From a virus (lineage: Duplodnaviria > Caudoviricetes), in IMG/VR virus record IMGVR_UViG_3300030085_004328, positions 1-53,620 of that record: a stretch of DNA of 53,620 nucleotides. One strand, given 5' to 3'. Positions within the stretch are counted from its first letter, which is position 1. The number at the start of each line of letters is the position of its first letter. Positions 47,901 through 53,620 of the stretch are shown here, in pieces. The notes under the pieces were generated by a model. The model was given only the letters and a program-made list of their open reading frames with translations, made no database searches and was not told the DNA's origin. The position numbers and the translations under genes were made by a program.

Positions 47901-49313
47901 TGTTATTGCATAGTTATTATTTCCTTCATCGTCTATAAAAGCAACTCTATTAGAAATTGCATGATTAAACATCCATTCAGATGCTTTTAAATCATCTGTT
48001 TTCTTTCCTATTCTCCATACTTTTGCATAATCACCAATTTCTGAGTATGCAGTTTTTTTACTTTCTACTAATTCTCCTAAAACTCCAGAAACACGCATTC
48101 GCACTTCTTCACCATCATCATCGTATGAATAAACATACGAATTCATTCCTATAGTCCAACCAGCTTCAATACCTCTAGTAACTCCAGTTACATTGAGGAA
48201 CTGGTTTACACTTACACCATCATAATTAACGAGCATATACTCGTCATCAAGACCAGCATCTTCATCTCCATTGAAAAGAACAAGAAGTTCTCCAGACTCA
48301 CTAAAACCTAAAGTAGTGTCAACAGTTATTACACTAGCACCAACAGATATATTCTCTACAGTTTGAGTTTGGGAGTGTATAGTAAACTCTCCAAATACTG
48401 TTCCAGTAACGTTTAGATCTCTATTGTAACCATAATCTAAACTAATAACAAAGTATTCATTACCATTTTTTTCAACTTCTTCTACTCCAACAACCGTTCC
48501 ATATGCAGTATCAATATCTCCATCTGCCTCTTGATACAAAACTCTGTTAAGAATTTCTACAGGGTTTCCTTCTATTTCTTCAACAACAAGATTTATAGTT
48601 TTTCTATAATCAGCAATTGATGGTGTAAATAAGAACTCTCTGGGTCTTATAATTTTTGGAGCAGTTCCATAGAGAGCCTTAAACAGAATGATAAAAGAAT
48701 CATCAGTTCCTTTAGAATTATAAAAATCTTTCAGTTGCTTTATGAATAAACTTTGATTAAGACCTTCAGCAAAGCTAACATTTTCAAATCCAGGAGCAAA
48801 TTGAATTTTTAATTTGGTAAAAAATTCATCTAACAATAAAGCATTGAGGTTACTGACTAATGCACCTGAAAGGTGTTCATCAACACTTGTTTCTTCAAAT
48901 TTTAATAAATCAGTGGTTCCAGGATTATCATAGTTTGTAATTCCACTAAAACCCCTTGTACATTGCTCAAATGTCGTAGAAGTCTTAGTTTTATAGTATA
49001 TAATTTCATCATCAATTTTGATCATCCCATTCTCATAGGGATAACCTTTAGTGGAAGTTACGGTTATAGTATCATCAAAAGTATCAACATCTTCTGTAAG
49101 TTCTGTTGTTGCAATAGAATCTGCAACAAAATCCAGTTTAGTATAAGTGTCTGGATTTGTTAGTAGGTCATAAGTTTGACCAGGATTTTCAAGATATCGA
49201 TAATATTCTTCTAAAAATTCTACAAGAAATGGATAATTTTCTTGTGCAAAAAGGGGTAGTTGACTCTGAACTACTGACGTTAATCTTACTTTGTTGGTTG
49301 AACTTCCGTGCAT
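35985..49313 (-). CDS. gp7: Giant baseplate wedge initiator (4442 aa) with many accreted domains
   Basis: Lies between gp6 and gp8. QLPLF..ENYPFLVEFLEEYY, IKQLKDFYNSKGT..SFIILFKALYG, IQDSFYWQRFSYAI...LNHLVG. Contains a YHYH-like segment GWAYDGSPIYGPYGY. Confidence 0.88.
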   Translation of the reverse strand: MHGSSTNKVRLTSVVQSQLPLFAQENYPFLVEFLEEYYRYLENPGQTYDLLTNPDTYTKLDFVADSIATTELTEDVDTFDDTITVTSTKGYPYENGMIKIDDEIIYYKTKTSTTFEQCTRGFSGITNYDNPGTTDLLKFEETSVDEHLSGALVSNLNALLLDEFFTKLKIQFAPGFENVSFAEGLNQSLFIKQLKDFYNSKGTDDSFIILFKALYGTAPKIIRPREFLFTPSIADYRKTINLVVEEIEGNPVEILNRVLYQEADGDIDTAYGTVVGVEEVEKNGNEYFVISLDYGYNRDLNVTGTVFGEFTIHSQTQTVENISVGASVITVDTTLGFSESGELLVLFNGDEDAGLDDEYMLVNYDGVSVNQFLNVTGVTRGIEAGWTIGMNSYVYSYDDDGEEVRMRVSGVLGELVESKKTAYSEIGDYAKVWRIGKKTDDLKASEWMFNHAISNRVAFIDDEGNNNYAITVYDKCRVNGGDIVLVNCDVRNADGSLERIEKEFEASPGPTPDDSFRILNDREIVEAFYVKRKVTKAKGTQIAANVQNVYIDLENDVYVATNSLPNYFNEDLKLDYRDVVISDQVFASTKTFTVNNHGLYTGDSVYYDSSFSEENTVDLSGYYFVQRVDENNFKLAKSLSNVENEIFIEATGFVDFAKLLRTDNYAFNKQTEVKPQVALRKISNPKERTKVSESLEIESNERVGILKNGVEIVTNRSKDFCYYGEISEVTVTSGGGGYDVINPPTLFTTDSNGSGFEGQLVVRGGLQKINIEDPGMDYLKFADSVTIRGGNPVRIAEAAPTFSSRENKKFFRSDVGEKVSLTNNTITFEETHSFREGDQVFYSVEGESTPVGGLVDTNEYFLHIESSTTVSLHNTLEEGLEGINPIDITSLGVGNHSIRAVEQRLVLSSIDIADQGEGYNNNKVIVTSSGINTANYTITKPNHLFKDNDEVLYEHTGDAISGLASTITYLVTNSTEDTFSLYEKNEDEDLGNAYVNSNKLVEIASAPDGYHTFKAPPITVEIAGTLGVSTFVTETSKIKLNPLFRGEVIKVEIKEGGSKYGSADILNFKKQPRYDLLSGSGAILQPVIFDGRLEDVVILAGGRDFNAAPEITLFENDPELETSQTVLTPIVSNGAISDVKIIEKGNSYSQTPKFYIETPGEGCELEFQIKSWNVDQVERLIREKSITSDDSYLVPSLDRELGMQYTHMYAPRKLRANVFSEKFEEGVIKYRTDIENDDAENTAKYHSPLLGWAYDGSPIYGPYGYSTISGGTIKQLVSGYEKIDIGDRPNFPLGFFNEDNTFTGKGDLDENNGRFCITPEYPKGVYAYFMTISEEIQATGDFSQGKLPQYPYCVGKNLKFSPILFNYSENTETNQVEFDFEGCRRNTTPYNLKQWYSGYDYLIQPDVFDAHYSKVTNLSKGKIDDIEILDKGEGYTVNDFVSFDNVGTGGTGAAAIVSEVEGKSVTSIALSETYLKAKAFQSTSSLHIHCGQEHGISNNDLVSIVGLSTANNIHIDGISPVRIPSIDFILNKDIGGSADTGITTYIPVKTESLNKIRENDIIQIDDEKMKVLNVNLRRSFLRVLREHDGTVGVAHSLETSIDHLPTRFEIDINTESSNISKEDRELYFDPSLVVGIGTTSGIGIKTDVYIHIPGNRTFFPGGPQSYRKISIGTRSIFIPGHGLKMGEKIIYNSNTGDNLSISTNGIGSTTLADETELFAVVFSRNTIGISTVQLAIGTEFYRKPGQPISLVGVGTDVNAEPFYFVGVGTGKHHSFRTKRDHAFVEVSKTRCTVSTGETHGLEAEDRFRTNILPGGREEYDVFYNDVTNRILIDQKTFISSDVDVDENQIHSTDHGYRDGDKVIVIASEAGGLDNNRIYYTNYITRDIFSLSSSYEDSVGEETKTHNITSAGSFRLRLVNPEIRSIRNNSLRFNLGDPSLSYIDGTTSKSAFDFKVFYDDEYKREYLVDRDGNFVITSSGRIGLDSDAYVEILVNELTPEQLFYKLVPKKDPGLTQSKKDLIIDDYKVSDPTKIAFLNSPINGSHVVVSAATSSFVFDTPNRIIGVTSFTPSDSTIEYITNSPTATGPIFDILVRNPGNNYNTVVGVTTIISQSGGTGAKIRPESDSIGAEKTFLTENIGWDYPTDPTLSPTAKLPDVLIVDQKLSFDKITRLTAGLNYNVAPDLVVRDSTTRKVLTELLLNYNLDGDVTIIKNTSDLSNDTPIIIPTNNSNGYSIENITIDDSTKIATLTFKTQFSTGTTFPFEVGNNVLIEGCASKTTGSSGRTFNSADFDYDLFEITEIDPNFGGSNATIKFDMSKSVGSAETLGQYDDVSATGIVVPEIYFPTFAVTTQRIPYIPGELITGRTSGAQAEVQKYNEQAEILKIFGEESFVLNEEIVGDKSGTVSKIDDIYLSDLYYKIQPSAEIVKGYKDGHSFLSSNDYKIQDSFYWQRFSYAIESTVTENVWEEEVERLNHLVGWKRFSNYQLESRDLSFTGISTSQDGGDFVSIADFSRVVNTNCVFDFDITVDETLIIGSKRFSTGIVFNSRELQDFNKSVGNRVLVIDDISDDFNSDPRGDQFSVIDTFKITESRARKYLIFARDSRFTNQRQVYIVTTIHNGSEFFINQYGRVETVYELGSFDIALFEDEAQLRFYPEKYEVNDYDLSFVTHSISDFTSGIGTTAFGNVVDIKVENSTVSSGATTTIATIPTDYRSSKLLVQIEEGGGVYELDEISLIHDGSEVTFQDYGQLTTDTLNALSSDGIGTYHAYIDGSNVKVDLIPDNSAIAAEVNSLRISLASEPSGFTTEGSTEFTTAIVESNYTSIDAVDSQNGTGISSHFNGILGIDDYSSGYYIVSVDDTTNGKYQLSELVTVSSSTTAYYSEYGQLFSDGEVGVVTAGVAGTVTTIYFSANDPIDCEVRVYAQHLGIRDERVGNAQIDMINADILTGNADYQGTQNAVIRDFELFHEGNPIFQKKFDGSNVAITSISEDTFELPQHFFVTGEEVVYSYDVLNEPIGIAYTDIPGIGVTNKLPPTLFIIKQDELLVKVAASATDALALTPTPLNIIDVGVGSDHYFTSKNQNPKTLITIDNMIQSPIVSTATTTGVGNTFTTVQDILTLTEQPERFFSGDFLQIDDEIVRVSIVGYGGSDNDMYVQRALLGTKLADHAQYSLITKIIGNYNIVENTISFADAPFGKTPVGSPDNRPDQRDFTGITTFSRFSGRSFMRNAPVDTTNDPYYKNYVFDGIEDQFTGIKSSFELKVGGESVDGVAASNAIITVNDLFQSPKVDQTLVDIAGNYTLEEDGGATNIIFDEGEYDREDDIAIKGLPVGGRIVSVGSTKGFGYQSLVSAAGTATVSSAGTISAINVSNAGGGYRTGIQTNIEVYIREETVEASSKVAIGTALVTRGRVTGVAVTNPQVFYAPRDVSNVGYTSITGLTTVTTSTAHGLSVGNEVVLSGIAMTCDYAPPLGVSTAQYDHISGIMTVTTSVGHGYTSFGKLSQVILSGLAFTCTQDNGATVHTYPRTTDPAYNGTGVIAVNSATEFEVNIGVTTQQNYFVGGGTVQGIIIAPRLKNNSDSQSDPASQFTSVRRVNSDTEFEVNTGISTLDHFYARGGKVAKYLTVDFDDPLPYDNLPTSYSTTSIGDTGGRAAKVSVVVGEGSSVTDFNITNVGYGYEINNVLTVSVGGTDGIPYMYHGRFADAGNLLASNRQFLVKEAVGYATATYPSLLSNPDYDETKCERDTGFIVDALANDLFFGGNFNSVAAGNKYWNGPLNYVTGETTETIATYDYLAGISTYVINNQTLPTSYQGIAVSVTQITDTSIDYDNGSSYTLDSCSDVVSSIYNLVGIVTTIIGDGAAYAPVVQSPSAKPTFTLPTTLDFEEFNFYITQTQTDQFTGWTIGDLQVVDDISSQFNGDATRFAIKFDGVRTSIKAAKGSLIDVQATLLVFINDVLQVPGEAYVFPGGSTLRFTEAPKIGDTCKIIFYRGTGDIDVEFVDILETVSPGDLLTIGGDDIDLRQTDRSVKAVTSTDSVDTYLYGGVGISNDQFVERPVNWCRATTDLIIDGEEVTKARDIYEAAILPLTNIIYDVGAASTQIWIEGAKTFFDNVKENPGLNYVNTVDIIDQDETNEAVATASVTAGIVTQISLTNTGDGYFKIPTVSIGAPKEDGGTQAEATAAIASGKITTINISVGGTGYDDNNPPPVLITPPTPKSETVFRVDFAGDFGEVIGVGTTTIGAGSSQGLVFEFAIPENSPLKDETIVGTGNTIDYSGIGTGDFFTIRDSTVGNATTVGYGVTSIEVDGVDLVEGNQFIDNVYQVHDIIPGTPIVIFSDDFIASLTRLGSYSVGSGNSTTVADGATLIIEDNTKVVTVVEDYSQLGLSSFLSRQTFANFSWGRLDNVVRPFPESYDIKRDNGIIGIETSPILRRKNPLKASNYLS

Positions 49314-49319
49314 TTTCTA

Positions 49320-51236
49320 TTAATTTCTGATTAGGTTCTCCGCGAAGTCAAAGTAACTAGAACTCCTAATATATGTAGCGCCTGACAGATCACTTCCTGA
49401 GGAAATTCTATCTACAACAGCATTAATATCACTCTTTGAAACATCTAGTTGCAAATACAAATCTTGAAGTCCAATAATATCATTAGACTCAGGAGAAGCT
49501 GATATTTCAATTACAGGACTTCCATTTAAATTTTTAACTGTTGATTCAATCTGAATATTGAAAAGCATAATTTCACCCTTAATATAATCTATGGTTCCAA
49601 CTTCCCTTTGAATTTGAGTATCATTATTTCCTGTTAATCTAAATACAAACACTTTTCCTACATTAGCATCATCACTAGGAACATCCCCTAGATATACTGT
49701 TCCTTCAATACCATCGATGGTAAATCCACTAGATCTAATGTTATAGTTTCTTTGCTCATGAAGAATTCTAATCGGGTTTCCAAAACAAATCTCGTAAGTA
49801 GCAGTAGCATTGGTAGTTGTTACTATGTCTCGTCTCATCTGAACATTGGTTATGTTGGATTCAACAGACCGGTGTGTATTATCAATTAAGTTACTAACTC
49901 TACTGTATTTAAATCTAGTACCTACACCATTCATCTCTGCAGATTTAGCGTAACTGTTTAGATTATCAGTAACTAAACTTTGAAGAGCTGACGCTGAAGA
50001 AATTTTAGCAGGATCAAAATAAACTTGAGATTCAACTTCAATAAACAGAAACTTCATATCAACAATTTGAACATCTACACCAGTAACTGCATAACTTCTT
50101 ATATTGGTTATCAAATTTCTTTTATCCAAATCAGTCATGAATTGACTATACTTTGGTTTGATTGCTATAAAAACTTTTCCATATTCTGGAGGATCTAAAG
50201 TTTCACCACCATACGCGGAAACAATCTCAGCCTCAGGATAAATTGTTGGAACTATTGCTTCATAATCATTAGCAGTAACTGCCCTGCTCTGTGCTTGATA
50301 AACTTTAGTTGAATACTTTTTAATAGAATCTATAGATTCAATATCTTCGCCAAAAATAGATGGAGCGATGGTTTCTAAAGGACTAATACCCTCGGTAATA
50401 ACTGCTCCATCATTATCAACTATGTTGCCGGCAAAACTAAATCCTCTTATGCCGTTACCAGCTGCTCCCCTACTCATTACATAAGAAACATCAACGATAT
50501 TTCCAGATTCTAGTGCTTTACCAAAAATATTATCACCAAAAATTAATTCATATCTTTGATCTTGAACTTCTTGTATGAAAAATACGTTTGCATTTTCTTT
50601 TGCTTCAAATAGATTATTGATCAACTTAAAAGAGTCACCACCAGTAGATGTTGAAGATTTTCTTACCTTTACACTTAATGATGTGGTGTCTACATTTGGA
50701 TTATTCAGAATAATTCTAGGATCTCTAACATCAGGATCATATGTATGAGATTCTTCTACAATTACACCTTCTAATATTTCAGTGTCTGCAAATAATGCAG
50801 TATTACCTACTACGGGAACTGTAATATCATCCGTAATCACAAAGGTAGATGTAGTAGAACCGGGGTTAGATTGAGATACTGCAACTAATCCTTTTTTTAA
50901 TGTTATACTAACTGGTTTAGTTTCAAATTCACCAAATGATACTATGAATGAAATAGCCGCTCTTGCAGCGCGTTTTGGGCGGGGTACATAACCAATATTT
51001 CTTGCTAGTGATACTACGTTCTCTCTTAATGTAGCACTATCAATGAATACCTCATTGCTAACCATGTTAGCGTTGAATGAAGCGATATATGTGTTATATG
51101 CAAGCGTATCAATTAAAACCGATAAGTTGGATCCCTCAAAGTCATAGTCAGTAAACGTTGAGTTTGACTTTAAATGATCAATAATTGATTTTTTGATCTG
51201 TGTAAAATCTAGATTTGAAAAATTTATTAAAGACAT
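49320..51236 (-). CDS. gp6: Baseplate wedge subunit
   Basis: LDFTQIK...DYDFEGSNLSVLIDTLAYNTY...NEVFIDSATLRENVVSLARNIGYVP...RAVTANDY...PPEYGKVFIAIKP. Confidence 0.96.
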   Translation of the reverse strand: MSLINFSNLDFTQIKKSIIDHLKSNSTFTDYDFEGSNLSVLIDTLAYNTYIASFNANMVSNEVFIDSATLRENVVSLARNIGYVPRPKRAARAAISFIVSFGEFETKPVSITLKKGLVAVSQSNPGSTTSTFVITDDITVPVVGNTALFADTEILEGVIVEESHTYDPDVRDPRIILNNPNVDTTSLSVKVRKSSTSTGGDSFKLINNLFEAKENANVFFIQEVQDQRYELIFGDNIFGKALESGNIVDVSYVMSRGAAGNGIRGFSFAGNIVDNDGAVITEGISPLETIAPSIFGEDIESIDSIKKYSTKVYQAQSRAVTANDYEAIVPTIYPEAEIVSAYGGETLDPPEYGKVFIAIKPKYSQFMTDLDKRNLITNIRSYAVTGVDVQIVDMKFLFIEVESQVYFDPAKISSASALQSLVTDNLNSYAKSAEMNGVGTRFKYSRVSNLIDNTHRSVESNITNVQMRRDIVTTTNATATYEICFGNPIRILHEQRNYNIRSSGFTIDGIEGTVYLGDVPSDDANVGKVFVFRLTGNNDTQIQREVGTIDYIKGEIMLFNIQIESTVKNLNGSPVIEISASPESNDIIGLQDLYLQLDVSKSDINAVVDRISSGSDLSGATYIRSSSYFDFAENLIRN

Positions 51237-51650
51237 TTATCTTAAGGGTTGGAATACAAACTCTAATACTTGTTGCTCAGCTTCTAATCCCACTATACTG
51301 AACTTTATCTTAATTGCTATAGCGTTACCTTCATCGTCGGGATCGACTTGCACAGCGTCTGGTTCTAATTCAACACGAGGTTCATATCGTAATATTGTAT
51401 TGCGAATTTCGGTCTCTATAACTTTTATCGAGTTTTCATTGAGATAATTTTCAAATAGAAGTCTATTTACGTCACATCCAATATCGGGTTCAAAAAACCG
51501 TTCACCCCTTATCGTTGTAACTAGATTCCGAATAGACCTAGTTATAGCTCTCTCATTTGTCAGCGTCGTTAAATCATCTGTTGCGGGGTTTTTAACAAAT
51601 GATAAGCTGAAATCTTTAAAATATCTAGATGTCCGTGATTCTAACGGCAT
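51237..51650 (-). CDS. gp25: Baseplate wedge subunit (gp25/GPW family)
   Basis: FKDFSLSF..NP..DDL....NERAITRSIRNLV.T..GERFFEPDIG...I..YEPRV. Confidence 0.93.
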   Translation of the reverse strand: MPLESRTSRYFKDFSLSFVKNPATDDLTTLTNERAITRSIRNLVTTIRGERFFEPDIGCDVNRLLFENYLNENSIKVIETEIRNTILRYEPRVELEPDAVQVDPDDEGNAIAIKIKFSIVGLEAEQQVLEFVFQPLR

Positions 51651-51671
51651 TTATTTAGAGCATAATATGTT

Positions 51672-51678
51672 TATTTAT
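51672..51678 (-). promoter_or_regulatory. Late promoter ATAAATA for the gp25-gp6-gp7 operon
   Basis: Intergenic, about 22 nt upstream of gp25. A second CTAAATA lies at 51652-51658. Confidence 0.7.
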
Positions 51679-51686
51679 TACCTATT

Positions 51687-51848
51687 TTACTCATAAAGTG
51701 TCTCTGGTTCGCTCTCATCAGTGAAAATTTCACTTTCTTTGCGAACATTTGTCTTTTTACGGTCTTTATCGTCGTTCATGATTTCACGAATCAACTTTTC
51801 ATGTTGTTTTGCCGCTAAATTATCCAAAAAATCGTTTTCAAATAGCAT
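51687..51848 (-). CDS. Hypothetical protein, 53 aa (absent from the ORF track)
   Basis: MLFENDFLDNLAAKQHEKLIREIMNDDKDRKKTNVRKESEIFTDESEPETLYE. Strong AAGGAG RBS and an ATAAATA element upstream. Confidence 0.75.
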   Translation of the reverse strand: MLFENDFLDNLAAKQHEKLIREIMNDDKDRKKTNVRKESEIFTDESEPETLYE

Positions 51849-51870
51849 ATTTCTCCTTTTTTCGTATTTA

Positions 51871-52581
51871 TTAGGGGTCTGGGTATCTTCCCTCTTGAGA
51901 TTTGTACATATCTACAGCACTTTCTTCCTCTTTTTTACGTTCTTTTGACGTTTTCCAAAAATATTCGTCCTCTCGACCCATACCAAGTCGATCAAAACCG
52001 TTCTCAACACTATATTCTACAGTTGAAACCTTAAAATCAGGCATTTTTGGCTCTTCTGGAGTCAGTGAGTTGTCGAAAATGCGTAATCTATTGTTGGGAT
52101 ATAGTGCATATTGACCATTATCAAGTTCAATTAGATTGTGTGACTTATGTTCTGCTGGATTTTCACTTGTAGCATAGTCTACTACATCAGGATCTTGATG
52201 ATAATTGTCTATTGTACAAACATAAGTGCCTTTTTGGATCCCATGATCACGGGTATAACACTCAAAATCCATACTTCCAATGAACTGCTTAGTGACCGCT
52301 ACGACCCCGTAATCCATGCAATTCCAAAATTGTAGGTTAGGTAACGACATATCAGGTTCGGGCGCTTCCGGGCGATTTAAGAAGGCACTGATGGGCAATT
52401 TGTCGTACATTGCAGCATACTCTGGTAGATAAGTTTCAAAGTAAAATGCTCTTCCAGGAATACTTTTACAACTAATCCATACACCCTTTACATATTCTCC
52501 ATGACCGCTCTGATGATCTGTTAAGTATTCTTTTCGGACCCATACTTCTACAGATGGTAAGTTACAAATCAGAGCAGCCAT
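51871..52581 (-). CDS. Conserved hypothetical phage protein (236 aa)
   Basis: VWVRKEYLTDHQSGHGE...YDKLPISAF...LQFWNCMDY...EHKSHN...NGQYALYPNNR. A family I recall from marine myoviruses; function unknown. Confidence 0.8.
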   Translation of the reverse strand: MAALICNLPSVEVWVRKEYLTDHQSGHGEYVKGVWISCKSIPGRAFYFETYLPEYAAMYDKLPISAFLNRPEAPEPDMSLPNLQFWNCMDYGVVAVTKQFIGSMDFECYTRDHGIQKGTYVCTIDNYHQDPDVVDYATSENPAEHKSHNLIELDNGQYALYPNNRLRIFDNSLTPEEPKMPDFKVSTVEYSVENGFDRLGMGREDEYFWKTSKERKKEEESAVDMYKSQEGRYPDP

Positions 52582-52607
52582 AGTGACACTTCCGGTGGAG
52601 TTCCGGA

Positions 52608-52614
52608 TATTTAG
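52608..52614 (-). promoter_or_regulatory. Late promoter variant CTAAATA
   Basis: Between the terminator and the 236-aa gene. Confidence 0.65.
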
Positions 52615-52627
52615 GTTTCTTTACATT

Positions 52628-52653
52628 AAAAAAGCACCCCCGAAGGGATGCTC
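52628..52653 (-). terminator. Rho-independent terminator with a C(UUCG)G tetraloop
   Basis: Minus strand: AGCATCCC-TTCG-GGGGTGCT followed by a T run, a few nt after the stop of the 46-aa ORF. Confidence 0.92.
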
Positions 52654-52659
52654 TGAATA

Positions 52660-52800
52660 TTACTTACCTTGACCTCTGTATGCTTTACGCTTGTTATTAC
52701 GAGAAGTTGCAGAGTACTTCGTGTGTTTTCCACTACCTTGTCGAGTTTTTTTAGGAGTTGTCTCGACGATATCCTTGTTAGCATTGAAACGTACGGCCAT
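52660..52800 (-). CDS. Small basic protein, 46 aa (absent from the ORF track)
   Basis: MAVRFNANKDIVETTPKKTRQGSGKHTKYSATSRNNKRKAYRGQGK. GAGGA RBS. The YRGQG ending is typical of small marine-phage basic proteins. Confidence 0.85.
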   Translation of the reverse strand: MAVRFNANKDIVETTPKKTRQGSGKHTKYSATSRNNKRKAYRGQGK

Positions 52801-52802
52801 AA

Positions 52803-52964
52803 TTAATCCTCAAATACCTCTTCTAGTTTAATAAGCATGGGGTCGAGTGAAGCAGCAGGGTCTTCAAAGTATGCATCCGCATATAATTGCATTAACTCTG
52901 CTGCCGACTCAGGGGAAATGCTCTTTTGCAAGAGTTTTCCCTCATAGTACACATTATACAACAT
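52803..52964 (-). CDS. Hypothetical protein, 53 aa (absent from the ORF track)
   Basis: MLYNVYYEGKLLQKSISPESAAELMQLYADAYFEDPAASLDPMLIKLEEVFED. Start overlaps the upstream stop (TGATG) and the ORF fills the gap exactly. Confidence 0.75.
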   Translation of the reverse strand: MLYNVYYEGKLLQKSISPESAAELMQLYADAYFEDPAASLDPMLIKLEEVFED

Positions 52965-53620
52965 CAGATGACTCTTGTCTTCTCATGTCCAACACGAATC
53001 CGAGGATCACACCAGATCTCAAATCCTTCTTCCTTTGCATCAAGACAGAATGAGACATCCTCTCCACACATGTCTTGTACTGCACCAGACTCAAACACTT
53101 GCATCTTAGGAGCAAACCAAGGATACTCAAGATTCTCGAATACACCTTTCTTGATCAGTACCCAACCAAAACCAGTGTAATCAACTGTAAATGGTTTCTT
53201 ACGCTTAGCCATGGTATCAGAGGTTTCGTGATTCATCACACCACCGTTATTACGGAAGTCATCTTCTTCCAACCAGTGTGCAACAGATGAAGTCTTACCA
53301 TCTTCAGTCAGATACCATCCAGCAACAATCTCTTTCTCTTCACCTTCTGCAGGTAGTGCTTGATCACAAAGTTGCCAGAACTTCTCAGTGTTGAATACAA
53401 TATCACTATCAATCCACAACTGGTAGTCATAAGGCAGTTTACCGTCCCAGGGAACCTGCTTAGGACCACGTAGAACGTTTGCACCAAGTACCTTACAACG
53501 TGCAAAGTTAACCATTGAACTGTAGTCTTGACTAATCTGAATACTCAGACCACTCTGTACCAAGTCAAAACATAGTTGTACAAATGATTTCAAAAATGTA
53601 TATGAACATCCTCGTCCAGG
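52964..53620 (-). CDS. GT-A fold glycosyltransferase-like protein (5' end beyond the window)
   Basis: Frame is open to the window edge (PGRGCSYTFLKSF...). DxD motif LWIDSDIVF, plus TGFGWVLIKKGVFE, GEDVSFC and RVGHEK. Confidence 0.82.
   Translation of the reverse strand, partial: PGRGCSYTFLKSFVQLCFDLVQSGLSIQISQDYSSMVNFARCKVLGANVLRGPKQVPWDGKLPYDYQLWIDSDIVFNTEKFWQLCDQALPAEGEEKEIVAGWYLTEDGKTSSVAHWLEEDDFRNNGGVMNHETSDTMAKRKKPFTVDYTGFGWVLIKKGVFENLEYPWFAPKMQVFESGAVQDMCGEDVSFCLDAKEEGFEIWCDPRIRVGHEKTRVI

Noticed and set aside
52588-52607. Small TCCGG/CCGGA hairpin in the leader of the 236-aa gene
   Set aside because: Only a 5-bp stem, too weak to distinguish from chance without conservation data.

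Overview
53.6 kb of an AT-rich T4-like myovirus genome, almost certainly a marine cyanomyovirus given the gene order and gene families. Every credible gene is on the minus strand and belongs to the late, virion-structural module. In transcription order: a GT-A-type glycosyltransferase-like gene and small ORFs, gp25, gp6, a giant gp7 (4442 aa), gp8, a split VrlC/DUF4815-like tail protein locus, gp13, gp14, gp15, gp16, an approximately 20 kb variable island of tail-fibre-like genes with a subtilisin-like protease, and the 5' part of gp17. I found four small ORFs and the gp17 fragment that the ORF track lacks, many T4-type late promoters and one UUCG terminator. No tRNA, rRNA, CRISPR array, integrase or reverse transcriptase is visible. 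Three observations stand out. (1) Phycobiliprotein-like helical domains with a CxRD-type cysteine and a second C-terminal cysteine occur four times in a 1708-aa tail protein and once in gp7. (2) An unannotated 54-aa NblA-like ORF is translationally coupled to gp13. (3) A 2207-aa polyprotein switches from strongly acidic to extremely Arg/Lys-rich and carries an approximately 312-aa polycationic segment bracketed by a non-splicing Hint domain and an S74 autocleavage site, whose chaperone body is a separate gene. All family assignments come from motif recognition by eye; no database searches were run.
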